A stretch of 64,000 nt of DNA from an uncultured Phycisphaerales bacterium (GCA_963758525.1 CAVWVQ010000003.1:2048001-2112000), one strand, 5' to 3'. Positions 12,378 to 22,854 are shown, numbered from the stretch's first letter. The notes: generated by a model not told the origin, from the sequence alone. Program-made: numbers and translations.

Positions 12378-12899
12378 ATGGAATTACGCGAAAAACTCAA
12401 GGAGAACTCCACCATCGTCGCGGGCGTTTGCGGCTTCGTCCTGCTCCTTGCGGGACTGACGATCTACCGCGCGACACTGGGGCAGCCGCACGCCAACGTG
12501 CGAATGATGAACTCCGCCTTCTTCTCGGACGACGATGGGAAGACCTGGTTCATCGACGATGCATCCAAGGTTCCTCCCTTTGAGCACCGCGGCGGCACCG
12601 CCTGCCGCGCCGCGGTCTATCGCTATGACAACGGCAAAAAGTTTGTCGCATACCTGGAGAAGTTTTCCGACGAGCAGAAACCCGAGATTGAGGCGCAGAT
12701 TGCCGCTGACCCCGAGCAGGCGACGCATTGGCTGCAAACCCCCATGCTGGTGAAAAAGCCCGGCGACCCCGCCTGGCTCCCCCCCGGCGGCGACGCCGAT
12801 GCCCGCAAGGCCTACGAAAAGGCCATCGAGCCGATAAGCCCCGACGGATCCCCAAACATGTCCCCGGTCGCCCCCAGCGACCCCGACGCCAGGCGTTAG
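12378..12899 (+). CDS. Membrane-anchored hypothetical protein with FFSDDDGKTWF motif
   Basis: N-terminal TM helix; clear paralogue at 18560..19087. Confidence 0.75.
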   Translation: MELREKLKENSTIVAGVCGFVLLLAGLTIYRATLGQPHANVRMMNSAFFSDDDGKTWFIDDASKVPPFEHRGGTACRAAVYRYDNGKKFVAYLEKFSDEQKPEIEAQIAADPEQATHWLQTPMLVKKPGDPAWLPPGGDADARKAYEKAIEPISPDGSPNMSPVAPSDPDARR

Positions 12900-12909
12900 C
12901 CCAGCCAGG

Positions 12910-13347
12910 CGCATCGTACGAAGTCTCTGATCAATCGATCAATCTGCGTGCATCTGCGTTTATCAGCGGTTAAATCTCTTTCAAGAAAGGGAACCGCAGA
13001 TGAACGCAGATGAACGCAGATTGAATGAAATCACTGAGAAGATCATCGGCTGCGCATACGATGTTGCATGGACTGGGAAGCGGGTTCCTGGAGAAAGTCT
13101 ATAAGAACGCTTTGCGCATCGTACGAAGTCTCTGATCAATCTGCGTGCATCTGCGTTTATCAGCGGTTAAATCTCTTCCCCTGAGCGGACGCCGCTGCTG
13201 GTGTGACCGCTTATCAAACAGAAGAAAGGGAACCGCAGATGAACGCAGATGAACGCAGATTGAATGAAATTACTGAGAAGCGCATCGTACGAAATCTCTG
13301 ATCAATCTGCGTTCATCTGCGTTGATCAGCGGTTCAATCTCTTTCCT
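12910..13347 (+). mobile_element. Tandem of three truncated or internally deleted GxxExxY-element derivatives (A: 3' end only; B; C)
   Basis: Nucleotide match to the 5' and 3' ends of gene 39915..40298 and to its flanking 33-bp inverted repeats and leader. Confidence 0.85.
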
Positions 13348-13351
13348 GATT

Positions 13352-13409
13352 TATCGCAATTCGGCCTTCCCGAAAGGTGGTAGCAATCAACGCCTCATCG
13401 GACGATAAT
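13352..13409 (+). promoter_or_regulatory. Conserved promoter-like motif copy 3
   Basis: tatcgcaattc 13352, agcaa 13382, gataat 13404. Confidence 0.65.
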
Positions 13410-13471
13410 ACTTGGTTAGTCATCTGGTGAGACGTGGAGTGCCCGATCGAGAGCTAACTGGCGAGGATATA

Positions 13472-14441
13472 ATGGCACACAAAACTCAATTCAATAGTCC
13501 AAAAGCGTTTCAGCAATCGGCACGGCCGCGCCTCCCTTCCGCTCCGACTCCGGCGGCTCGTGTCTCGCGCACGCATGGTTTTACCCTCGTGGAACTTCTG
13601 GTGGTCATTGGGATCATTGCGATCCTGGTCGCGCTGCTGATGCCGGCGCTTAGTGCCGCCCGCGAATCCGCCCGCACGCTCAAGTGCCTTTCCAATCTGC
13701 GGCAGATCGGGCAGGCATCGCTGATGTACAGCAACGACAACAAGGGTGTGGTGATGCCCTGCACCTGGGTCGGCACCGGAGCCTCCCCCCCGCAGGACAT
13801 CTGGTACATCGGGCTGGTAGCCATGGGCTATTTCCCAAACCAGGGACTCCAGAGTGCCACCGACACAACCTACGACTCCATCCTCTCCTGCCCCTCCGCC
13901 CCCCCGGTCCAGGCCAGCGCCGGCGCGGTCCTCAATGGTTTCACGACCCCCCCGACGGGGTTCGACGGCTTTCAGACCGCCACGTCCGGGCTCTTCCAAA
14001 CCTCGCCCCCGCTGTATGTCTGCTGCAGCTATGGAATCAACGGCAACAACAGCAATCTCAAGGTGTCGCCCGATCATTTCACTCCCTCGCAGTCATCGGG
14101 CGCAGCTTTATGCCGCCGGATTCAAGCTCGTGCAGATCAAGAGCTCTGAGCTAGCCTTCATTTACGATGGCGTCACTCTTCATGCCTACTCCTGCCTCAA
14201 CTGGCGTATCGTCAATCGCCATGGCAAGAGCGATCAGTCCACCCCGCAAAAAGCAGTGAGCACCGGGACCACCAACGTTCTGTTCTTCGACGGGCACTGT
14301 GAAACCATCCCCCGCGCTTCCCTGCCGTGGTATGTAAACAGCACCACACAGGCCGACATGATCGCTAACACCCTGACAGGATGGATCGCCGACGCCAAAG
14401 CCGGCGGTTTTTCCTATCCACTCTGGCGGGTCGGTCAATAA
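13472..14441 (+). CDS. Prepilin/H-X9-DG (DUF1559-type) protein, split by frameshift(s) near 14070-14110
   Basis: [25 protein letters not shown] and [10 protein letters not shown]-terminal RHG...[11 protein letters not shown] in ORF 13854..14441. Confidence 0.85.
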
Positions 14442-14519
14442 GTTCCCAGCTCCACGCCGAATCCACCGCGATCATTGAAGCTCGCTGGGAATCCGCCTTC
14501 ACAATGGTTGATAAAGCGA

Positions 14520-14695
14520 TGCCGCTGCTGGTGTGACTGCTTTCTCAAACAGAAGAAAGGGAACCGCAGATGAACACAGATGAACGCAGATTGAATAAAA
14601 TCACTGAGAAGATCATCGGTTGCGCATACGATGTTGCCAATGGGCTGGGAGGTCTCTGATCAATCTGCGTTCATCTGCGTTTATCAGCGGTTCAA
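14520..14695 (+). mobile_element. Internally deleted GxxExxY-element derivative (copy D)
   Basis: Leader gccgctgctggtgtgactgc...aagaaagggaaccgcag, both inverted repeats, and mini-ORF 14570..14659 MNTDERRLNKITEKIIGCAYDVANGLGGL*. Confidence 0.85.
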
Positions 14696-14749
14696 CCAAC
14701 GGCGATATTGAAGCTCGGCGGTTATGTGCCTCAACAACGGGCCGACAAC

Positions 14750-14807
14750 TATCGCAATTCAGGAAGGCTGAATCTTGAAAGCATCTTGACAGCGCGCGCG
14801 ACAGAGT
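14750..14807 (+). promoter_or_regulatory. Conserved promoter-like motif copy 4
   Basis: tatcgcaattc 14750, agca 14780, ttgaca 14786; -10 position degenerate (cagagt). Confidence 0.5.
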
Positions 14808-14832
14808 TGGAGCGGGGTGAGAAAGCGAGTCA

Positions 14833-15093
14833 ATGGAGATGAGACGATCGCTTCTGAGTCGAATCGACCTGGTGCTTTTTGTGCTGCTGACCGCTGCCTG
14901 CGGCGCCATCGTTCAGTGCAATCCCGGGCGTCATTATCTGCTTGGGTTGCTTGTCATGCCGATCTTGCTCACCACGGCCTTCAGCACGGTTTGCAACAAC
15001 GCAAGGGCGCGAGTGTGCGAGCATGCAGCGGACATGCGGCTTCAACCGATGCACCGCAACACTTTGGGGCCAACGCCATCTAAAGAGTCGTGA
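14833..15093 (+). CDS. Small hypothetical membrane protein
   Basis: 86-aa ORF with two hydrophobic stretches, overlapping the next start (GTGA). Confidence 0.4.
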   Translation: MEMRRSLLSRIDLVLFVLLTAACGAIVQCNPGRHYLLGLLVMPILLTTAFSTVCNNARARVCEHAADMRLQPMHRNTLGPTPSKES

Positions 15094-17588
15094 ACAACCG
15101 GCTCCCTCCTGCGGATTACATCATGATGTCCAGATCTCACCGCCTTCCGCGCTCCCGCCGCTCACACCGCCTCCTGGCGCGACTGCTGTTCCTTGCTTTG
15201 TTTGCGCTGATCGCTGGCATTTCGACCCGCTCTGAATTATTCGCCGGTCCAACCACCAAGCCCGCCGCCGCTCCCAAAGCCGCCCACCCCGCTGCACACA
15301 AGGGAGCGGAGAAAGCGACGGGCTCCAAAGAGAACGCGGCGGAAGAGATCACCCCCGAGCGGATCGACGAGGCCATCAAGAAAGGCGTGGCCTACATCTA
15401 TTCGCAACAGAAGCCTCAGGGACGATGGGAAACCAGTGACCATCGCACGGGGACATCGCATAAGGGAGACGAAGGGGACACCTTCGGCGGTTATAGCGCG
15501 CTGGCGACCTATGCGTTGCTGGCCGCCGGCGAGAAACCCGACGACAAGCGCATCGTCTCGGCCATCGGTTTCCTGGAAAAGGCCGACATCGTCGGCATCT
15601 ACGGACTGGGGATAAGGGCTCAGATCTGGCACCTCCTGGCCCGCAACCCCAAGAACAAGGCTGAAATGCAGCAGCTTGCAACAGCCGACGCCGATCGCCT
15701 CATCGCGGGAATCAACACCGAAGGAGACAACCGCGGCCTGTGGGATTACATCGGTAAGGGTACACGCGTCGACCACAGTGTCAGCCAATACGGGATACTT
15801 GGTCTATGGGCACTTCAGCAGGCCGGCGCAAAGATAGATATCCGTTATTGGCGCACTTTCGACCAGGTGTGGCGCGCGGATCAATTTCCCGATGGCGGAT
15901 GGGCCTATGACAGCACGCCCAAACACACGGGGGTTCGAAAGCCCGCTGCCTCCATGACTGCCGCGGGCATCGCCACGCTCTTCATCACTCAGGACAACAC
16001 CTACACCGATCTGCCCGACCGTCACGGCAACGTGTCTAACAACAACATCATCAATGGGCTGACCTGGATGACGGCTCACTTCAACGAAGTCACCACCAAC
16101 TACGCCTGGTATGGGGTAGGGCGCATCGGCGCCGCCAGCGGGACCAAGTACTTCGGCACGATCGACTGGTTCGAGCGCGGGGCGACGAGTCTCCTGAAGA
16201 CCCAGAAACCCGACGGCAGCTGGCTCCTGGCCCCGGGCCCCTATGGCGAGACACTGAGCGCCACCTGCTTCGCCGTCCTCTTCCTCTCACGTGGCCGTGC
16301 GCCGATCATGCTCAACAAGCTCCAATATGAGATGGCTGCAAAGACACCCAAGGCCCAGGAGGCCAACTGGAATGAGCGCCCGCGGGACGCGGCGAATCTC
16401 GCTCAATGGACCGGCGACCAGTTCGAGGGGACGGTGAATTGGCAACTGGTCAACCTGAAGGTCGCCCCCGAGGAACTCCGCGACGCCCCCATTCTCTACC
16501 TCGCGGGGGACCAGGCACTCAGTTTCACCGACGAAGAGGAAAGCAAGCTGAAGACATTCGTCCATGAAGGCGGCATGATTCTCGCCAACGCGGACTTCAG
16601 CAGCAAGGCATTCAGCGACAGTGTCATGAAGCTGGGAACGAAATTGTTCGGCTACGAATTTCGCGAGTTGCCGCCCAGCAGTCCGATCTGGAATGAAAAC
16701 GCCCGCATTCCCCGGGAGGGCTCCAAGCTGCTGGCGATGAGCAACGGGATTCGGGAAATCATGATCCTTTTCAACACCGGCGATCCCGCCAGAGCGTGGC
16801 AAACGCCCGCGAGTTTGACCGCTGCCGCCGCGCCCAAATCGCTGGAGATCGGCGCCAACATCTTCCTCTACGCGGTCGACCACAACAATCTGACATCCCG
16901 CGGAAACAGCACGCTCGTGCTGTCGAAGCGCGGCATCAAGACCGATGCCTCCATCGCAATCGCCCGGCTTCAGTACGGCGGCAATTGGGACCCCGAGCCG
17001 GGCGGATGGCAACGGCTCGCGGCAATCTTTCACAATGAACTTCACACCGAACTGGAGGTCAAGACCGTCGCTCTGGGCCACGGCGAACTGGGACGATTCA
17101 AGATCGCGCACATGACCGGCACCTCAAAATTTCAACTGACTGACGAGCAACTCGACGAGCTTCACAAGTTCATCGGCGCGGGAGGAACTCTGCTGATGGA
17201 CTCCGGCGGTGGATCGGCTGACTTTTCCAGTTCCGCCGATCAGATGCTCCGCAAGCTGTTCCCAGAAGACGCCGCGAAGGCGCTGAACACTCCGCTTTCA
17301 CCCGAGGATCCCTTCTACACACTTGCCGCTCACAAAATCGACCGAGTGGAATACCGCAGATTCGCCAAAACCGTCGTCGGCAGTCTCCACACGGGCCGCG
17401 TCTACGGAATTCCTGTCAAGAACAGAACCGCTGTCTATTACAGCCCTGAGGATATCTCCGGCGGTCTGGTCGGTCAGCCCACCGACGGTATCAACGGTTA
17501 CACCCCCGAGTGCGCCACCGAAATCGCCCGCAATATCATCCTCCGAAGCGCGCAGCATGGCGCTTCGGAAAAGGTCGCAGCAGAATGA
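15090..17588 (+). CDS. Prenyltransferase/squalene-cyclase-repeat-like domain plus two DUF4159-type domains
   Basis: DHSVSQYGILGLW, QFPDGGWAY, QKPDGSW, APILYLAG, GNWDPEPGGW and GGTLLMDSGGGS; paralogue at 19476..21915. Confidence 0.75.
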   Translation: MNNRLPPADYIMMSRSHRLPRSRRSHRLLARLLFLALFALIAGISTRSELFAGPTTKPAAAPKAAHPAAHKGAEKATGSKENAAEEITPERIDEAIKKGVAYIYSQQKPQGRWETSDHRTGTSHKGDEGDTFGGYSALATYALLAAGEKPDDKRIVSAIGFLEKADIVGIYGLGIRAQIWHLLARNPKNKAEMQQLATADADRLIAGINTEGDNRGLWDYIGKGTRVDHSVSQYGILGLWALQQAGAKIDIRYWRTFDQVWRADQFPDGGWAYDSTPKHTGVRKPAASMTAAGIATLFITQDNTYTDLPDRHGNVSNNNIINGLTWMTAHFNEVTTNYAWYGVGRIGAASGTKYFGTIDWFERGATSLLKTQKPDGSWLLAPGPYGETLSATCFAVLFLSRGRAPIMLNKLQYEMAAKTPKAQEANWNERPRDAANLAQWTGDQFEGTVNWQLVNLKVAPEELRDAPILYLAGDQALSFTDEEESKLKTFVHEGGMILANADFSSKAFSDSVMKLGTKLFGYEFRELPPSSPIWNENARIPREGSKLLAMSNGIREIMILFNTGDPARAWQTPASLTAAAAPKSLEIGANIFLYAVDHNNLTSRGNSTLVLSKRGIKTDASIAIARLQYGGNWDPEPGGWQRLAAIFHNELHTELEVKTVALGHGELGRFKIAHMTGTSKFQLTDEQLDELHKFIGAGGTLLMDSGGGSADFSSSADQMLRKLFPEDAAKALNTPLSPEDPFYTLAAHKIDRVEYRRFAKTVVGSLHTGRVYGIPVKNRTAVYYSPEDISGGLVGQPTDGINGYTPECATEIARNIILRSAQHGASEKVAAE

Positions 17589-17695
17589 CGCGGAGTTCCG
17601 CGAGGATGACGACCTTGAGCCGCCCCCAACGAATGGGCCTGTGGTATTCGGCATGGGAAATATGGGAAATTATGAATGACATCTTCAGGAGAACG

Positions 17696-18546
17696 ATGAA
17701 ATCTTCATCTAAGTTGGTGCTGGTGGGTTTCTTCCTGTTGACCGGCTTCCATAGTCAGGCAGCGCCGCCTGGCGAACCGACCAACGCAGCCGAGGCGGCC
17801 GCGAAGAAACCCCAATCCGATTACGACAAAGCGGCGGATGCCAAGCGAAAAGCCGCCATGTCGGCGGAGGAGTTGGCCTGGGAAACCGTGCTGGAAACCA
17901 ATCTGGGCTCGTACTACCTCCCCGGCTATAAGAAGGACAAGCTCGCGGGCAGGGAAACAGCCTGGGATTATGTGAAGGATGATCCGAAGCTGCCGCGCGT
18001 GCTGCTCATCGGAGATTCGATTTCACGCGGTTATACCCTTCCCGTCCGTCACTTGCTGGCCGGCAAGGTGAACGTGCACCGCGCCCCAGCCAACTGCGGC
18101 CCGACCGCGTCAGGCCTCAAACTGCTTCCCGCATGGCTCGGCGATGGGAAGTGGGACCTGATTCACTTCAACTTCGGCATCCACGACCGAAAGACTCCCG
18201 AACCGGTCTACGCCGCCAATTTGGAAAAGCTGGTGGTCGAGCTTCAAAAGACCGGAGCGAAGCTGATCTGGGCTCGCACGACCCCTGCGCCCCCGACGAT
18301 CCCGCTGGCTATACCCCCGAGCAATGTGACAAGCTCAATCAAATCGCTGACGCGATCATGAAGAAGCACGGCATCCCCGAGGATGATCTCTACGCCGCTG
18401 TCGAGCCGCACCTTTCGGATCTGCAACTGCCCAAAAGCGTTCATTTCAAAGAGGAGGGCTACGAGGTCCTCGGCCAGCAGGTTGCCGCCAAGATCATGTC
18501 TCAGTTGGAGCCAGAGCATCCTGATTTGCATACCCGTAATCAGTAA
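17696..18546 (+). CDS. SGNH/GDSL hydrolase, frameshift in C-run near 18290
   Basis: LPRVLLIGDSISRGY, FNFGIHD, and C-terminal SVHFKEEGY in ORF 18133..18546. Confidence 0.85.
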
Positions 18547-18559
18547 GATCGGAAATCCC

Positions 18560-19087
18560 GTGGGTATCCGTCAAACGATCGATGAAAGGCCGGAGCTTGC
18601 CATCGGCATTGTCGCGGCAGCGATCCTCGCTCTCCTGTTGATTCTATGGCGATCTAGCGGCAGTTTACGCCACGCGCGCGCACCTAGTACTCAGGCATTT
18701 TTTTCCGACGATGACGGCCAAACTTACTTTCAAGACAGCGCCTCAACTTTTCCGCCATTCGATCACAATGGAAAAATGGCCTATGGCGCGACCGTCCTTC
18801 GCTGTCGCGATGGGAAGCCGTTTGTCGCTTACCTGCAGCGGTACGATGCGACGACGCTCGAGAAAATCCACGCCGCGATAAGCCAGTATCCCGATCCGTC
18901 GTCCGCACTGGCGCACATGCCGCTGGATCCCATGATGGAGGTCAAAAAACCCGGCGAATCAACCTGGTATTCGATCGCGGCGCAGTCAGCGGACTATGCC
19001 CGCGTCACCTCGCCCCGCTGCCCCGACGGCAGCGCCGGACCATTTGAAGCCGTCATGCCCGGCGACGCCAACACCGGAGCGAAGTAG
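18560..19087 (+). CDS. Membrane-anchored hypothetical protein with FFSDDDGQTYF motif
   Basis: Paralogue of 12378..12899 (PPFDHNG, FVAYL, VKKPG..W, PDGS); GTG start at 18560. Confidence 0.75.
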   Translation: MGIRQTIDERPELAIGIVAAAILALLLILWRSSGSLRHARAPSTQAFFSDDDGQTYFQDSASTFPPFDHNGKMAYGATVLRCRDGKPFVAYLQRYDATTLEKIHAAISQYPDPSSALAHMPLDPMMEVKKPGESTWYSIAAQSADYARVTSPRCPDGSAGPFEAVMPGDANTGAK

Positions 19088-19475
19088 TAACAATCATTGC
19101 GCTCACGCCATTCGCCGCAACCTAAAGGTTCGTTAAACCATTTACGGTTGCTGCTGCGAAGGTGGTTTACGGACATGTCGGCTCCCGGGAAACGGGAGTT
19201 TTCCGACTAGCACACGGAAATTTCGGTGGTGATGAATCGGCTGTTGCGGGTACTTCGAATCGGAATATTCGGCGCGCTTTGCGCTGAGTTGAAGACAGGG
19301 GGTCATCAGCCCAATCGATAAATAGGCTGATGACCCCCTTTCCTCGTCCGCCATAGATCATTCCTCCCGGCGCAACGCGGGCGCAACGAGGCATCATCGA
19401 AACGTAGTGACTGGAATCACAATGTGAAGGATCGCGTCACCTGAAGCGATCATCTCGTCTGGGAAGCTTCATCGC

Positions 19476-21915
19476 CTATTGAGGCTGATCACCTGAACGA
19501 GTGGTCGGGGCGACGGGCGATGAAGGGGCAGTGGATTCGGGAGGGGCCGCCACAGGCGTTGAGGCTGGCTTTTGAGCGTAAAGAAGAATGTTGGTCATCA
19601 GCTTGGTAGCCGTTGCCGGGTCATAACCGACGATTCCGTCCACGGACTCACCTACAAGTCCCGCGCTGAGATCTTCGGGGCTGAGGAAGACGCCGATGCG
19701 ACCACCGGCAACGGGGATGCCCAGCAGATGCGGCCTCTGGCTGACACCGAGGATTCTGCTGGCATAGCGCCTGTATTGGAAGCTTGTCAGCTTGTTCCCC
19801 ATCAAGAAAACCGGAGAAGAAACTGGCAGGGGCGCCAGCAGGTTCCCTGCGGCGCCGGTTCCAAACATCTCTTTGAGCATCATCTGAGCGCTGTACGCAA
19901 AGTCAGCGCTGCCGCCGGCCGCGTCGATCACCAGCGTTCCACCCGCGTCGACGTAATCCTTCAGCTCCTTGCGCTGCTGAGGAGAAATTCTGAACTTGGC
20001 GGTGCCGGTGAGATGGGCGAGCTGATACCCGCTTGAGAGCTTTCCCGCCCCCAGCTTGACCGGCTCGACCGTCAGCGCGGTTGCAAAATCGTTATGAAGG
20101 ATGGCAGCGAGCCGCGTCCACCCGGCAGGTTCAGGATCCCAATTGCCGTCGGTCTGGATGCGCGCCATTTTCAAGGTTTGGCTCGGTTGCGTCCGATCTG
20201 GTTGCACGAGCCAGGTATCAGATCTGGCGAATAGATTCTGGCTGTCGCAGGAATACTGGAAGATATCGGCGCCCAATTCGAAGCACTCGGGGCGCAGTTT
20301 ATCGTTGTCGCTCTGCCAGATATGTCCGACATCCGCGTCGGGGATGAGGATCATCAGCTCGCGGACACCATTGCTGAGGCCCAGCAACGCAGGCCGCGGT
20401 CTCCAGCGGCGGGCGTTATACTGTTCGCTGGTGAAGATCGGGTGGTCGGGCGGCAGACGGCGGAATTCGTACTTGCCAAACATCTGCCTTGCGAGCTTCT
20501 GAAAGCTTCGCGAGAAGGCCGCCGAACCGCAGTCGGCATTGCCAAGAATCAAGCCGCCCTGCTCAACGAACATCCGCAGCGTCGCGACATCTTCAGGTCG
20601 AAGCAGCAACTCTTCATTGCCGCTAATGTACAGGATCGGCGCATCGTGGAGATCGTCGGGGGATACGCTGAGGTTGACAAACTGCCAATTGAGGGTTCCC
20701 TCAACCTGCGTGCCCGCCCACCGCGCGAGATGGCTGACATCCCGAGGACGTTCATTCCAGACGTCAGTTTCCTGCACTGCGTGCGAATTTGATGCGGGAA
20801 GCGAGTACTGCAGCTTATTCATCATTACCGGGGCGCGGCCGCGGGAGAGGAACAAAAGGCACAGCGCAGAGTCCGCGACGGCGCCGTATTTGGACGCCCA
20901 GGACCCATCGGGTCGCTGGGATGTTACAAGCCGATCGGCTCCGATCTGAAACCAATTGGAGGTACCGAAGTATTTTCTGCCGCTGGCTGCACCAATGCGC
21001 TCGATACCGTAGAGAAGATAGGCGTTGCCCGTTCCCAGCGCGTCCTGAATGTGGTTGTCCATCCAGAGAAGCCCGTTGTTGACGTTTGCGCTTCCGATGC
21101 CACCGGTGCACGGGTTCCAGCTTCTACCCAGCAGGAGGTAGTCCTGGGTGATCAGAAGGGTCGCTATGCCGGCGGCGGTCATAGAAGGGGTGATACCCTC
21201 CCGCCAGCCCTTGTAATACTGCCATCCGCCGTCGCTTTCCTGCGCGTCTTTCCATGCCTTGTCGACCATCTCCCAATATTTCTGCGGGATTTCCCCGCCG
21301 GCGCGCTCGATGGCCCACACTCCCAGAACCCCATACTGGGAGTTGCTTAGATCGTGAAAATAATGGATATCCGGCCCTGCTTGCCCGAAAGGCACACGGG
21401 GATCGTACTTCATTTTTTCACCGCGGGAGCCATAGCAGTATCCGTAAAAGCCGGCATTGGGTCCGCGTTGAATGATGCTGTTGAGCAAAAAAGCGGCGTC
21501 GGCGTCGCGCGCGGTATTGCGCTGGGGAGAAGACTTGATGAGCGGCCAGACTTGCGCGTAACGCAACCGCGTAAGTTCCATTGAGGTGCGCATCCATGAG
21601 CCAGGTGATGGCGGCAGCCAGCTTTGCGTCATCTGATGGTTTCTGACCCGCGGCCAGCAGCGCATAGGTTGCCAGGGCTGTAGATCCGCCCCAGTTGGCA
21701 CTTGAGCCGACGGCGGTGTGGCCATTGCTCGCCAGGAGCATTGCACTGTCTTTGGGCTCGGGGCCGTCCCAGTTGCCACCCGCTTGCGCACTTTCGAGAA
21801 AAGTGACGGCTTTCTGAATTGCCGCCTGAATCTCTGCCGGCGTTGCCGCGGTCGATGGCGCTGCCAGAGCGAAGACCACGGCCAGCGTGAAGACTCCCAG
21901 TTGCACATATCTCAT
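19476..21915 (-). CDS. Prenyltransferase-repeat plus double DUF4159-type protein, frameshift near 21560
   Basis: Signal peptide and first repeats in ORF 21418..21915; DLSNSQYGVLGVW, WNERPRD and GNWDPEPAGW in ORF 19476..21908. Confidence 0.75.
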
Positions 21916-21935
21916 TTGGTCCCTTCGCTATGGAA

Positions 21936-21986
21936 AGCACTAACGGGACGGGTCCAATTTTTAATTGGACCCGTCCCGTTAGTGCT
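21936..21986. repeat. Perfect 24-bp hairpin (REP-like or terminator)
   Basis: agcactaacgggacgggtccaatt-ttt-aattggacccgtcccgttagtgct. Confidence 0.8.
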
Positions 21987-22076
21987 CCCCCACCAGCATC
22001 AGACGCCGGCCTTGCAGGTACAACATGACTTGCAACAGGCGATCATACAACTACCGCGGGAGAGGCAGCAGCTTGC

Positions 22077-22442
22077 TCACTTCGCCTTTTTTGTCGTCGG
22101 CTTGCCGGGTGAGCTTTCGATGGTGACCACACTCGCGTGCAGTTCAGTGGGACTGATGTTGTTTCGCACCACTCCGACGTTAACTCCCTCTTTGATCGCG
22201 GAGGCATCAACCGCCGTTTTGCCCTGGATGAACTTCGTGTTCACGTCGCAAATCACGGTGAGCGTTCCATCGCCATCAGCGGGCTTCTTAAGAAGTGTGA
22301 TGACAAAGCTGTTGGCTCCCACGGACGAAATGGTCCCGCGAATTCCGTCGCGCGGCGCCTTGGGCGCCTTGGCGGCTTGGATCGCGCACGTGATCACAAG
22401 CGTTAGTGCCGCAGCGAGCGTTGCGATGTTCCTGGTTTTCAT
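22077..22442 (-). CDS. Small secreted OB-fold-like (DUF5666-like) protein
   Basis: Signal peptide MKTRNIATLAAALTLV, GTISSVGANSFVIT, and RBS caggag upstream. Confidence 0.6.
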   Translation of the reverse strand: MKTRNIATLAAALTLVITCAIQAAKAPKAPRDGIRGTISSVGANSFVITLLKKPADGDGTLTVICDVNTKFIQGKTAVDASAIKEGVNVGVVRNNISPTELHASVVTIESSPGKPTTKKAK

Positions 22443-22854
22443 GGTGAGAATCTCCTGCGGGATTGAACCCCTAAAAGAATGCCAGCTTCGCCGCCCCACT
22501 TGGGCCTAATATGATCCTTTCCCACCTCGCTCGGCTATCAGTTTTCGAGCAAGTTGAAAAATGAAAATCTCGAGTCTGTTGGCCGCCAAGCTATGCAGCC
22601 GAGTGGGAAGCGCCACGATAGCCTTGCCCTACCGCGCATCGCTGGACTAACACGCGAGGGAATTTCGTGTTTCGATTTGATCGAGAAGCGATAGCCGAGC
22701 CAGGCGGGAAGGGGTAGTTATCTGATCATCCGAGGAGGCCCAATGCTGCCGCGCCAACGCGGCACCGATCGAATGGGCGGGCCCTGAAGAGCGGTTATTC
22801 AGAAGAGATGACCAGTGACAATCGACTGCTGCGAATCCGCCGTGCTAACCCCGA

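Noticed and set aside
12910..13347. CRISPR array
   Set aside because: Repeats alternate in orientation, the intervening sequences are pieces of the GxxExxY gene and its leader rather than unique spacers, and no cas genes are present
13000..14659. DGR template/variable repeats for the GxxExxY gene
   Set aside because: Differences are not adenine-specific, the copies are deletion derivatives, and no reverse transcriptase is in the window
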